Position numbers and translations under genes: made by a program. Of a DNA stretch of 15,573 nt, positions 1 through 8,751 are shown piece after piece. Origin of the DNA: Microcoleaceae cyanobacterium (GTDB taxonomy: Bacteria > Cyanobacteriota > Cyanobacteriia > Cyanobacteriales > Microcoleaceae). A model generated the notes under the pieces. That model was not told the origin of the DNA. It saw only the letters and a list, made by a program, of their open reading frames with translations, and searched no databases. The DNA is taken from NCBI GenBank assembly GCA_051652765.1, contig JBOFUV010000156.1, forward strand, positions 1 to 15,573, given 5' to 3'. Position 1 is the first letter of the stretch. The number at the start of each line of letters is the position of its first letter.

Positions 1-2943
1 GCCGATGACGACAACCACACGGGCAAGAGTAGGCAGACTATTTTCAGAGGCTTCGATATAAATAGGCTCTACATATAGCAAAGATCTTTCAATCGGAATT
101 ACCAGCAAATTTCCTTGAACTGCTCTTGAACCTTGGCGATTCCAAAGGGAGATCTGTTCTGAGATTTCGGGGTTTTGATTAATCAAAGCTTCAACTTGTT
201 CTGGCCCAAAGACCAACCGTTGTTTAGGAAAGCGATAAAGTAGAAGTTTTCCATACTGTTCTTCATCAGAACGGGCGGCTAGCCAGGAAATCAAATTAAT
301 CCGACTCGCTGGAGTAAAGGGCTGCAAAATGATAAATTCTTCCTCTTTTTCTCCTGGAAGTCCTGTGATTAGATAATAGGGCTCAACAGGTTGTTGTTCT
401 CCAGCATAAATTTCTCGTGGAATCCGCCATTGATCCTCCCGGTTGTAAAACACCTTGAGATCTTCCATGTGATAAACCAACAATCGATCAGACTGTAGCT
501 TCAACAGATCAACAGGATAGCGAATATGAGCTTTTAGGGAGGGAGGCATTTCCTGAATCGGCTTGAACAACTCTGGGAAAACTTTACGCCAACTGGTGAG
601 AATTGGATCGACTTCAGGGGTGTCTAAATAATAGAATTTAACCAAGCCATTGTAGGCATCAACCACAACTTTAACGGAATTACGAATGTAGTTTAACCCT
701 GTATTTCCGGGATCGGAATAGGGATAGCGATCGCTCGTAGTATACGCATCCAAAATCCAGTAAAGATAGGTATTCTGTTGGCTAGAGTCTGATTCATCTC
801 CTGCTAGATTTGCTTTTGCAGAGACCAAATAAGGGTTCCCATCGTAATGTAAAAATGGGGCGATCGCTTTCACCCGTTCAACAATATTGCGTCGAAATAA
901 TAGCTTGGTCTCAGGAGAAAAATTACGAGTGAAAATCATTTGCCAATTTCTCAGGCGATTGGCAAACAGATATCGTTTCCATCCTTGACCAATGACAATT
1001 CCCCCTGTACCGTCATAAACGTTATAAACATTTTCATTTCCAAAGGGATAATCTAGCTCCTGAACAGTCGTAGAAGTCATCACATTGGTATTCGTCAACT
1101 CTCCATAGTAGATCCTAGGTTTGCCAATGGGAATACTGTCTTGAACTCTAGGAGAAACTTGTAAAACGCTAGCAGGGTCCAGTCTCGGATCAGGCCCAAT
1201 TTCGCTGATAAAATATTCTGGAAGTCCACCTGCTCCAACGGTGTTGACGGGAGACAGGGTAAAGCCATAACCATGGGTATAAATTAAATGTTTATTAATC
1301 CAGGTTTGAGCTTCTGAGGGAACTGAAGTATAGTCCAACTCCCGTGCTGCAATCAATACCTGTTGCCTTTCAGTACTGCTGTTGGAGGGTTGCTGTTGAG
1401 GAAATTTGAGCAAGGTGTAGCGATCAATATCTGCATCAAAAAATGCGTAATAGGGGCGAATTTGCTGTAATTGTTTATTCGTCTGCAACAGCGGGCGCAC
1501 ATCCCACAATCGAATGTTCCGAACGGTTAAATCATTATTCTGAATATCTGCATAGGTCAGTTCTGCCTCCGGATCAAAAGTTCGAATCTCAATCTGATCC
1601 AGACCAAATGCCGCGCGGGTGAACTTGATATTCTGCTTAATATAAGGCGTTTCCCGTTCTAGTTCGTTCGGTTGAACAACAAGACCTTGAACCAATGCGG
1701 GCAATAGCCAAACGGCAATCAAGAATAATGCTAGATACGATCCTAAGATGACTCTCAAAGAATAGCTATTGGCAAACAGTCGGGGAGCAGATGGAACATC
1801 AGGACGTTTCTGGCGTAGCCCAATCTGATGTAGTCCAATTTGTAGTCCAAAGACTTTCAGGCTTGAATCAACATAGGGCTGAATGACTTTAATCTGAAAA
1901 AAAGCTTGCCAGAACAGAAAAATTGCGATCGCGATCGCAATCAAACAAAGCACTCGATAGGCAGGAGCCTGAATCATAATATCGGTGTATCCCGCCCCAA
2001 ACACTACTCCTCTGGGGGAATACAACAACTTGTAGCGATCAATCCACAGGGCGAGAGCAATGCTTAACATCACCCCTCCCCCAAGCCCGTGCAAATGGCG
2101 TTGCTGAAGCTGAGAAAAACCTGGAAATTTGCCCTGACTGAAGCTATTGCCTGAGACGAGGTACCGCAGGCAACAACAAAGAAACCCCACTAGAGTCAAA
2201 CTGAGTAGCCAAAATTCCAGCAGATAGCCAATGGGCAAGCTGAAAATATAGAAGCCAATATCAAGTTTAAATAAATCTTCTGTTTGGTTAAATGCTACTG
2301 GATTTAAAAATTGCAACACATTTCCCCAGTGTGTCGATAAAACCAGACTAAACCCCAAACTCAGGAACAGGACGATCGCCCAACAGGCCAATTCAGACTG
2401 AGTTAAGAAACAAAAGATTATTCCTCCTAACGTAACAAGTTGCCAACTTCGAACAGGGTAGAACCCTTGCTGTAACTCTTCTATTCCTGACCGATCTGGC
2501 AGCAGAGGCACAACCAAAGATTGACTCATATCCGGATGCCAGTAGGTCAAAAAGACTTGGCCACAGGACATCAAGATCATGCCCAGCACTACCGCCAATC
2601 CCAAAACAAAAATCAAAAACCAACCAAACCGGAGAGCTGGGGTCGGGAGTGACGGCAATGGAGAGAAATAAGGAGTGTTCGGCTTGACCTCAGGATCGGG
2701 TTGTAGGGGATATTGATACCGATTGGCTAGACTGAGATTTAGGGCTAAAAAAACCGCCGTAACACTGAAGCCCACCAAGCCCAAGATCACTTGGGTAACA
2801 AACCGCTTTAGAAAGACAGAAAGATAGCCAACCTCTTGGAACCACAGGGTTTCTGTGATCAGATAGGTTGCCAGGTTAAGGAGTAACCCTAGGGCAAATA
2901 ATAAAATGAGACTGATCTGAGCAACTCGTTTTTGAACAGCCAT
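1..2943 (-). CDS. UPF0182 family membrane protein (3' end beyond window)
   Basis: ATG at 2943 gives MAVQKRVAQISLILLFALGLLLNLATYLITETLWFQEVGYLSVF; the same frame at the left edge reads LLVIPIERSLLYVEPIYIEASENSLPTLARVVVVIG; internal YTHGYG and DAYTTSDRYPYSDP motifs are typical of UPF0182. Probably absent from the ORF track because its stop is outside the window; not every codon was checked. Confidence 0.92.
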   Translation of the reverse strand, partial: MAVQKRVAQISLILLFALGLLLNLATYLITETLWFQEVGYLSVFLKRFVTQVILGLVGFSVTAVFLALNLSLANRYQYPLQPDPEVKPNTPYFSPLPSLPTPALRFGWFLIFVLGLAVVLGMILMSCGQVFLTYWHPDMSQSLVVPLLPDRSGIEELQQGFYPVRSWQLVTLGGIIFCFLTQSELACWAIVLFLSLGFSLVLSTHWGNVLQFLNPVAFNQTEDLFKLDIGFYIFSLPIGYLLEFWLLSLTLVGFLCCCLRYLVSGNSFSQGKFPGFSQLQQRHLHGLGGGVMLSIALALWIDRYKLLYSPRGVVFGAGYTDIMIQAPAYRVLCLIAIAIAIFLFWQAFFQIKVIQPYVDSSLKVFGLQIGLHQIGLRQKRPDVPSAPRLFANSYSLRVILGSYLALFLIAVWLLPALVQGLVVQPNELERETPYIKQNIKFTRAAFGLDQIEIRTFDPEAELTYADIQNNDLTVRNIRLWDVRPLLQTNKQLQQIRPYYAFFDADIDRYTLLKFPQQQPSNSSTERQQVLIAARELDYTSVPSEAQTWINKHLIYTHGYGFTLSPVNTVGAGGLPEYFISEIGPDPRLDPASVLQVSPRVQDSIPIGKPRIYYGELTNTNVMTSTTVQELDYPFGNENVYNVYDGTGGIVIGQGWKRYLFANRLRNWQMIFTRNFSPETKLLFRRNIVERVKAIAPFLHYDGNPYLVSAKANLAGDESDSSQQNTYLYWILDAYTTSDRYPYSDPGNTGLNYIRNSVKVVVDAYNGLVKFYYLDTPEVDPILTSWRKVFPELFKPIQEMPPSLKAHIRYPVDLLKLQSDRLLVYHMEDLKVFYNREDQWRIPREIYAGEQQPVEPYYLITGLPGEKEEEFIILQPFTPASRINLISWLAARSDEEQYGKLLLYRFPKQRLVFGPEQVEALINQNPEISEQISLWNRQGSRAVQGNLLVIPIERSLLYVEPIYIEASENSLPTLARVVVVIG

Positions 2944-3066
2944 TAAACCCAATAAGAACATTCCAGGTAGAGTTGCTCCTAATTTTAGTTGATTCCCACT
3001 TCCTGCTAACAACACGCTATCCTAGATTGAATTATTGAGTAGATGATCTTCAGTCTCAAACGCTTT

Positions 3067-4134
3067 ATGGAAACTTTGGCCCGCCAGATCTCGATTGAAA
3101 AGACAAAATCCTCTCGTTTGCCGGGACTCGATTTGCACAATGTGCCGTTTGGCAAAGTTTTCAGTGACCATATGTTCTTGGCAGACTATCGAGAGGGTTG
3201 CTGGCAGCAAGCCAAAATTGTTCCCTATGGCCCACTGGAAATCGCTCCCTCTGCCTCAGTCTTGCACTATGGCCAAGCCGTATTTGAAGGCATGAAAGCC
3301 TACAAAAGTGCTGTGGGTCAACCTTTACTGTTCCGACCTCAGGCCAATTATCAACGCATCAATCAATCTGCCCAAAGACTGTGTATGCCACCCATCCCTG
3401 AAGAGATGTTTATGCAGGGATTAACTGAACTGATCCGACTGGATGCAGACTGGATTCCAAATGGCAGCAAGACTGTTCTATACATTCGACCCATTTACTT
3501 TGCAACGGAGGAAGCCATTGGTTTAAAGCCGTCCGCAACCTATAAGTTTGTGATGATCGCTTGCCCAGTTGGGTTGTACTACACAGAGCCGGTGAAGCTG
3601 ATTGTTAGCCAAACTTATATCCGAGCCTGTGAAGGGGGGACAGGAGCAGCCAAAGTCGCGGGCAACTATGCAGCAAGTTTACTGGCTGACCGAGACGCAA
3701 AAGCTCAAGGGTATGATAACGTCATTTGGCTAGATGCCATCCATCGGAAATATATTGAAGAATGTGGCACGATGAATTTAGCCTTTGTGATTAATGATGT
3801 CGTTGTCACGCCGAAATTAACCGGAACGATCTTAGCAGGAATTACCCGAGATAGTGTATTAACTTTGTTTCGCGATCTGGGAATTCAAGTTGAAGAACGA
3901 TTGGTTTCTATTGATGAAGTTGCTGAGGCGCATCAGTTGGGAACTTTGACAGAAGCATTTGGAATGGGCACTGCTGCTACGATTGCTCATGTTTCAACTA
4001 TTAGTTATCAGGGGCAAGATCTGGTTTTATCTCCGGTTTCGGAGCGTAAGTACGCCAATTTAGTCTTTGAGAAGCTAGAAGCGATTAAGACTGCAAAATG
4101 TAACGATCCTTACAATTGGATTGTAAGAGTTTAG
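3067..4134 (+). CDS. ilvE: Branched-chain amino acid aminotransferase (PLP fold type IV)
   Basis: Motifs FGKVFSDHM, LHYGQAVFEGMKAY, LYIRP, GGTGAAKVAGNYAASL (PLP lysine), EECGTMN, ILAGITRDS, GTAA. Start ATG 3067 (alternative 3043). Confidence 0.95.
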   Translation: METLARQISIEKTKSSRLPGLDLHNVPFGKVFSDHMFLADYREGCWQQAKIVPYGPLEIAPSASVLHYGQAVFEGMKAYKSAVGQPLLFRPQANYQRINQSAQRLCMPPIPEEMFMQGLTELIRLDADWIPNGSKTVLYIRPIYFATEEAIGLKPSATYKFVMIACPVGLYYTEPVKLIVSQTYIRACEGGTGAAKVAGNYAASLLADRDAKAQGYDNVIWLDAIHRKYIEECGTMNLAFVINDVVVTPKLTGTILAGITRDSVLTLFRDLGIQVEERLVSIDEVAEAHQLGTLTEAFGMGTAATIAHVSTISYQGQDLVLSPVSERKYANLVFEKLEAIKTAKCNDPYNWIVRV

Positions 4135-4320
4135 CTTTGTCATTTAATCTGATTTCCAGACAAGAGGATCACACTTCAAGAGGTGAACTCAATCAATCTA
4201 AGGTTAAGACTTGTTTTAACAAAAGCTCAAGCGATCAATGGTAAGCTCTAAATGAATTGTTGAAGTTGTTCAAGCTTCGGTGACTCTTATTTTTCTTTGT
4301 AGAGTTTTAATGTGAGACTT

Positions 4321-4857
4321 ATGCAACACAGAACGAATATTGAAAAAATCTTCGAAGCTTGCCTGTGGAAGTTCAGATTATTCACGATCTTACCTGTTAT
4401 TTTTGGACTATTGAGTACCTTGAATTTTTTCGTGATTGGTAGCTTTGACGTAGTTCGAGGGATTACCTATAACTTTGATTTTTCCCACGACCATACTGAT
4501 CGGACTAATGAAGCCATTTCCCGGATTATTACAGGAGTTGACAACTATTTAATTGGCGTGGTGTTGCTGATTTTTAGCTTTGGGATCTATGAGTTATTTA
4601 TCTCTAGAATTGATATTCGACTCCTCCATCAAGACGTAAAAATTCTTCAGATTTCATCTCTTGACCAACTCAAGCATAAGATTTTACAAGTTATTGTGAT
4701 GGTCTTAGTGGTGAGCTTTTTTAAAAAAGTTTTGACGATGGAAGTTAAGTCATCTCTTGACATGCTCTATCTAGCCATTTCAATTCTTGTTATTGCGATC
4801 AGCAGCTATTTGATGCACGCCCAATCTAGCAATAAGCACTCTGAACTAGGACTGTAA
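4321..4857 (+). CDS. YqhA (UPF0114) family membrane protein
   Basis: IEKIFEACLWKFR, VDNYLIGVVLLIFSFGIYELFIS and SLDQLKHKILQVIVMVLVV match the YqhA pattern; ATG 4321 (GTG 4312 alternative). Confidence 0.88.
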   Translation: MQHRTNIEKIFEACLWKFRLFTILPVIFGLLSTLNFFVIGSFDVVRGITYNFDFSHDHTDRTNEAISRIITGVDNYLIGVVLLIFSFGIYELFISRIDIRLLHQDVKILQISSLDQLKHKILQVIVMVLVVSFFKKVLTMEVKSSLDMLYLAISILVIAISSYLMHAQSSNKHSELGL

Positions 4858-4870
4858 GCCAAGTTGTCGG

Positions 4871-4930
4871 TTGAAAAGTTGCAAGTTGAAAAGTTGTAAA
4901 TTAAAAAGTTGTAAATTAAAAAGTTATGAA
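4871..4930 (+). repeat. Intergenic tandem repeat, 4 x 15 bp (approximately TTRAAAAGTTRYRAR)
   Basis: ttgaaaagttgcaag / ttgaaaagttgtaaa / ttaaaaagttgtaaa / ttaaaaagttatgaa read directly. Confidence 0.9.
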
Positions 4931-5033
4931 CTAGAGTGCAAGGAATGGCACTTTAGTCTTTATGTCCTCGTCAATTCTCTTAGGGTTGCTAAAGCCCGAG
5001 CAATTCTCCTCGCAAAGCATTTTTTAAGCGTTT

Positions 5034-5816
5034 ATGAAGCATTACTTTTCTGTTGCCCGTTGCAGCTACTGTTGGGTTCAAAACTCTTTTAGTTCAACTC
5101 ACAACTTGCAAACACTCTGGATTGTTCTGGCTAGCGTAGGGATCTTCTCAGTCGTCGAATTTGTTGTTGGAAGTTTGAGCCATAGTTTAGCGCTACAGGC
5201 AGACTCTGGGCACATGCTTTCAGATTTTGCTGCCTTAGGCGTGGCCTTGTTGGCAACCTGGGTAACTCGACAGTCTGGGCAAAGTAATGCTGTGCAGGGT
5301 GATGTCCCTCGTCACTCTCAAGTTGAGGCTATTGCAGCCCTGGCAAACGGTTTGGGGATGTTGAGCATGACGGGGTTTATTACCTGGGAAGCCCTGCGTC
5401 ATTTACACCATCCGCCTGCTGAAATTTTGAGTTTCCCTATGTTAATTACCGCAATTATTGGTTTAGGAATTAACGGATTTAATGCGATTTTACTCTATGA
5501 AAAAAGCCAGCAGAACCTAAACCTTAAAGGTGTTTTTCTGCATGTTGTCGCAGATACAGTCAGTTCTGTTGGGACGATTCTAGCTGCCCTGATGGTTTGG
5601 CTGCTCAGTTGGCATTGGGCAGACAGTGCTATCGGTTTAGCTGTGGCACTGTTTACCGTCTTCAGTTCAGTGCCTTTGATTCGGCAAAGCCTGAAGAGTT
5701 TGAACCAACCCGCACCAAATTCAACCTCAGATCCGGAAACACTAAGAATGCTGGGATTTCTAGAGATTGGAACCGTTCAACTGGATGCTGTCATTTTGCA
5801 AAAATCTCCCCACTAA
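5034..5816 (+). CDS. Cation diffusion facilitator (CzcD/ZitB-like) transporter, short C-terminus
   Basis: SLALQADSGHMLSD (TM2 HxxxD) and LNLKGVFLHVVAD (TM5 HxxxD), about six hydrophobic segments. Confidence 0.9.
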   Translation: MKHYFSVARCSYCWVQNSFSSTHNLQTLWIVLASVGIFSVVEFVVGSLSHSLALQADSGHMLSDFAALGVALLATWVTRQSGQSNAVQGDVPRHSQVEAIAALANGLGMLSMTGFITWEALRHLHHPPAEILSFPMLITAIIGLGINGFNAILLYEKSQQNLNLKGVFLHVVADTVSSVGTILAALMVWLLSWHWADSAIGLAVALFTVFSSVPLIRQSLKSLNQPAPNSTSDPETLRMLGFLEIGTVQLDAVILQKSPH

Positions 5817-5882
5817 CGTCAAAGGCTGCTATACAATTTGGGCGTTGCTTAACATTTGCTGACTTCAAACGGGCTGAACAGA

Positions 5883-7238
5883 ATGTCTTACTCCGTCGTC
5901 AACGTTCAACCGCCTTTAGAATTTCTGGCCCCTGATTTCAATCCTTGGGTGTTGCGGTTTTGTCAACTCGGAATGCCCCTGTGGATTCGGGTGAATACCC
6001 CGATTGCCGAGATTCATACCGATCAGATCGAACAGTTGGCGCAGCTTTACTCCCAGTTTCAACAGGGAAAAATTCGCTTCCTACTGGCATTTCGTCATCT
6101 CTGTGTGGATGATCCTTATCCCATCACCCAGCTCATCTGGAAACAGGTTCCTCAAATTGCTCACGAGCAGGGCATTCCCTTGAAAGACCTCGTTCATGCC
6201 CACTTCATGTATGATCGCGGCATTCCCGTTTGGGCCGGGGACTATGTTGCCTGGTTATTTCCCAAACTAGGGGGAACTTCAATTATTCGGGGAAAACTGG
6301 ATCGCCAGGGATTGCGGTCAGCCCGAGACCTGTTAGCGAATGGTCGCTTTCCCCTAGCCGCCGCCCCTGAAGGATCAACCAATGGCCATAACCAGCGGGT
6401 GAGTCCCTTAGAGCCTGGAATTGCTCAGTTGGGATTTTGGTGTGCTGAAGATTTGCAAAAGGCGGGACGGACAGAAGAAGTTTTAATTGTGCCTCTGGGG
6501 CTACAGTATTCCTATATTCAAGAAAATTGGGACGCGATCGCCCAACTGTTATCCCAAATGGAAGCGGACTGTGGTTTACCGCCCCATCTATCTACAACTC
6601 CTGCAACCTTTGAGGCACTCTATCCTCGGTTAGTTAATTTAGGTACTTATCTCTTGGGCCTAATGGAAAATTTTTACCGTCAGTTCTATCATCAGAATAT
6701 TACAGGGGATGAAACGGCTGATTTATTCATGCGGTTGCAGGAATTGCTGAATGTTGCGTTAAAAGTTGCTGAGGACTTTTTCGCAGTTCAAGCCAAGGGC
6801 AGCTTAACTGATCGGTGTCGTCGCCTAGAACAAGCAGGCTGGGATTGTATCTATCGAGAGGATATCAAAGATGTAGATGCCCTTCCCGCTGTTGAAAGGG
6901 GACTGGCGAATCGGATTGCAGAGGAAGCCAGTCTGCGAATGTGGCATATGAGACTGGTGGAGAGTTTTGTTGCCGTCAGTGGTCGCTATGTTCAGGAAAA
7001 TCCGACCTTTGATCGATTTGCCGAAACCAGTTTGATTCTGTGGAAAACCTTGGGTTGGTTAAAGGGTACTGAAACGGTTCGCCGCCCTAATTTAGGCAGA
7101 CAACGGGTAAAAATGACCGTGGCTGAGCCTTTGTCGATCTCCCAACGTTGGCCAGATTACAAGAATAATCGCCGTCAAGCCGTTGCTGATTTCACTCAAC
7201 AGTTGCAAGAGACGTTGGAAGTTATGGTTTCCAACTAG
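5883..7238 (+). CDS. Phospholipid/glycerol acyltransferase (PlsC-like, cyanobacterial long form)
   Basis: FRHLCVDD (HxxxxD), HFMYDRGIPVWAG, LAAAPEGSTNGH, PLEPGIAQLGFWC; ATG 5883 preferred over TTG 5856. Confidence 0.88.
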   Translation: MSYSVVNVQPPLEFLAPDFNPWVLRFCQLGMPLWIRVNTPIAEIHTDQIEQLAQLYSQFQQGKIRFLLAFRHLCVDDPYPITQLIWKQVPQIAHEQGIPLKDLVHAHFMYDRGIPVWAGDYVAWLFPKLGGTSIIRGKLDRQGLRSARDLLANGRFPLAAAPEGSTNGHNQRVSPLEPGIAQLGFWCAEDLQKAGRTEEVLIVPLGLQYSYIQENWDAIAQLLSQMEADCGLPPHLSTTPATFEALYPRLVNLGTYLLGLMENFYRQFYHQNITGDETADLFMRLQELLNVALKVAEDFFAVQAKGSLTDRCRRLEQAGWDCIYREDIKDVDALPAVERGLANRIAEEASLRMWHMRLVESFVAVSGRYVQENPTFDRFAETSLILWKTLGWLKGTETVRRPNLGRQRVKMTVAEPLSISQRWPDYKNNRRQAVADFTQQLQETLEVMVSN

Positions 7239-7311
7239 ACAGTATGTACTTGTAACCCCCCAAGGAATAGAGTATTGTAAGCTCAAAATCCTGATTTGAG
7301 GGGCACGTTCC

Positions 7312-8007
7312 TTGGTTCCAATTCGCGATGAAAATCCAGTCACGATTACCCCCTGGGTGACACGGGGATTGATTCTAGCCAACATCTTAGTCTTTATTTT
7401 TGAGCTAAGTTTGGGCTCAGATCAACTTGAATCTTTTCTCTACAACTGGGCATTTGTTCCCTGTCAGCTTGTTGGCGATTGTACAACTCAGCTTCCAGCA
7501 TCTCCTTTTCCAGAGTGGGTTACTTTGATCACGTCTCAGTTCTTGCATGGCGGCTTCGGGCACATTGCTGGGAATATGATTTACCTGGCGATTTTTGGCA
7601 ACAATGTAGAAGACTGCCTGGGACACTTCAAATTTTTTGTCTTTTATATTGCCTGCGGTGTTTTGGCGGCTCTAACCCAAGGATTCTTTGCCCCCGACGC
7701 TGCCATTCCAACTTTAGGGGCGAGCGGGGCGATCGCTGGAGTTTTAGGTGCTTACATCATTCGCTTTCCCCGAGCTAGGATTACGATGTTACCCTTGCCT
7801 TTTCCGATTCCAATTCGGATTCCTGCCTTCTTTTTTCTGGGGTTCTGGTTCGTCATGCAATTTGCCAGTGGGATTAGTAGCTTTAGTGTTCCAACAACAA
7901 CAGGTTCAGAAGGAGGAGTTGCCTACTGGGCCCATGCAGGCGGGTTTGTTTTCGGCGTTATTCTAGGGCCGCTGCTTGGTTTATTTTCTAATCGTTCCGC
8001 CAAGTAA
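7312..8007 (+). CDS. Rhomboid family intramembrane serine protease
   Basis: FLHGGFGHIAGNMIYL, catalytic GASG and AYWAHAGG motifs; N-terminal VPIRDENP; TTG start. Confidence 0.95.
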   Translation: MVPIRDENPVTITPWVTRGLILANILVFIFELSLGSDQLESFLYNWAFVPCQLVGDCTTQLPASPFPEWVTLITSQFLHGGFGHIAGNMIYLAIFGNNVEDCLGHFKFFVFYIACGVLAALTQGFFAPDAAIPTLGASGAIAGVLGAYIIRFPRARITMLPLPFPIPIRIPAFFFLGFWFVMQFASGISSFSVPTTTGSEGGVAYWAHAGGFVFGVILGPLLGLFSNRSAK

Positions 8008-8197
8008 GGCTTCCGGCGTTGCATAAATGTTGCAGTGCCAGCTCTGCCAACTTATCAAGCCGACCCGCTGCAACATCTTCCTCAAACTGCCGATCCCATA
8101 TCTCAGCATCGAATTCCGCAAACCAGACTCGGAAAGCAGCAAGCTCATTGGCAGACAGCTTACTGATAGCACTTTCAATTTCTTGCAGGCTACTCAT
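7988..8197 (-). CDS. Small antitoxin-like hypothetical protein (69 aa), C-terminus possibly replaced
   Basis: ATG 8197: MSSLQEIESAISKLSANELAAFRVWFAEFDAEIWDRQFEEDVAAGRLDKLA resembles a common small family usually found upstream of RelE/ParE-like genes (recalled, not searched); 3' end overlaps the rhomboid gene by 20 nt. Confidence 0.65.
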   Translation of the reverse strand: MSSLQEIESAISKLSANELAAFRVWFAEFDAEIWDRQFEEDVAAGRLDKLAELALQHLCNAGSLTWRND

Positions 8198-8246
8198 AAA
8201 AATTGTAGAAACGCAACAGTCTAAATGTGCATTCCCAATGGTACCG

Positions 8247-8549
8247 CTAAGACTTAAGTTTGTCCTCCCCTTGCTGCTTGCTTTTTCCTGCAATGGCAAG
8301 ACTAATGGCAATAGATCCCGTGACTCCAGCCGCTATAAAAGAACCTGAAATTGAACTTTGTAAAGATTCTAATTTTGGCTTATCTATGAAGTCGTCCCAG
8401 CGTAATAAGCTTTGACTTAACTCTCTTGTAATAGGATCTCTACTTTCCAGTTCTTTTTCAAATTTATTCTTCTCTGCGATCGCAAAACCTCCAAAAATTA
8501 GACACAAGATTGAGATAGCAAAGAACACTCCCTCAGCAACAGTCATCAT
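8247..8549 (-). CDS. Hypothetical membrane protein (100 aa), likely cassette gene
   Basis: Two hydrophobic segments; AAGG upstream of the ATG; lies just downstream of the attC at 8643-8731. Confidence 0.6.
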   Translation of the reverse strand: MMTVAEGVFFAISILCLIFGGFAIAEKNKFEKELESRDPITRELSQSLLRWDDFIDKPKLESLQSSISGSFIAAGVTGSIAISLAIAGKSKQQGEDKLKS

Positions 8550-8642
8550 TTACCTTATTGATAGTCCCATTCTTTAGCTCCTTCAACTTCAGACATAGCA
8601 AACATGGTGCAGAGTCCATCAAGACGTGTTGCTCACTCAGCC

Positions 8643-8731
8643 AGCTAATACCGCCATTCACCCGCCGCCAGAAACCTCTCGGACTGAACCAACCAACTAG
8701 ATGCGGTCGGTGTGCAACGAGATTGTTGTGC
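8643..8731 (-). repeat. attC-like site (R' degenerate)
   Basis: + strand: AGCTAAT-accgcc-ATTCACCCGCCGC ... GCGG[T]CGG[T]GTG[C]AAC-gagatt-GTTGTGC; 89 bp; 20 nt after the beta-lactamase stop. Confidence 0.72.
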
Positions 8732-8751
8732 TGCATCCTACAGTATATGAC

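Noticed and set aside
3004..3040. TGCTAAC-aacacg resembling an attC R box
   Set aside because: No L box, partner arm or GTT end; lies in the divergent UPF0182/ilvE promoter region.
4871..5092. 73 aa ORF with KSCKL repeats
   Set aside because: Translation of the tandem repeat, TTG start, overlaps the CDF gene.
8533..8736. 67 aa ORF MQHNNLV and other short antisense or nested ORFs (e.g. 2393-2623, 8019-8348, 12393-12653)
   Set aside because: They are attC read-outs or shadows of better supported genes, with no recognisable motifs.
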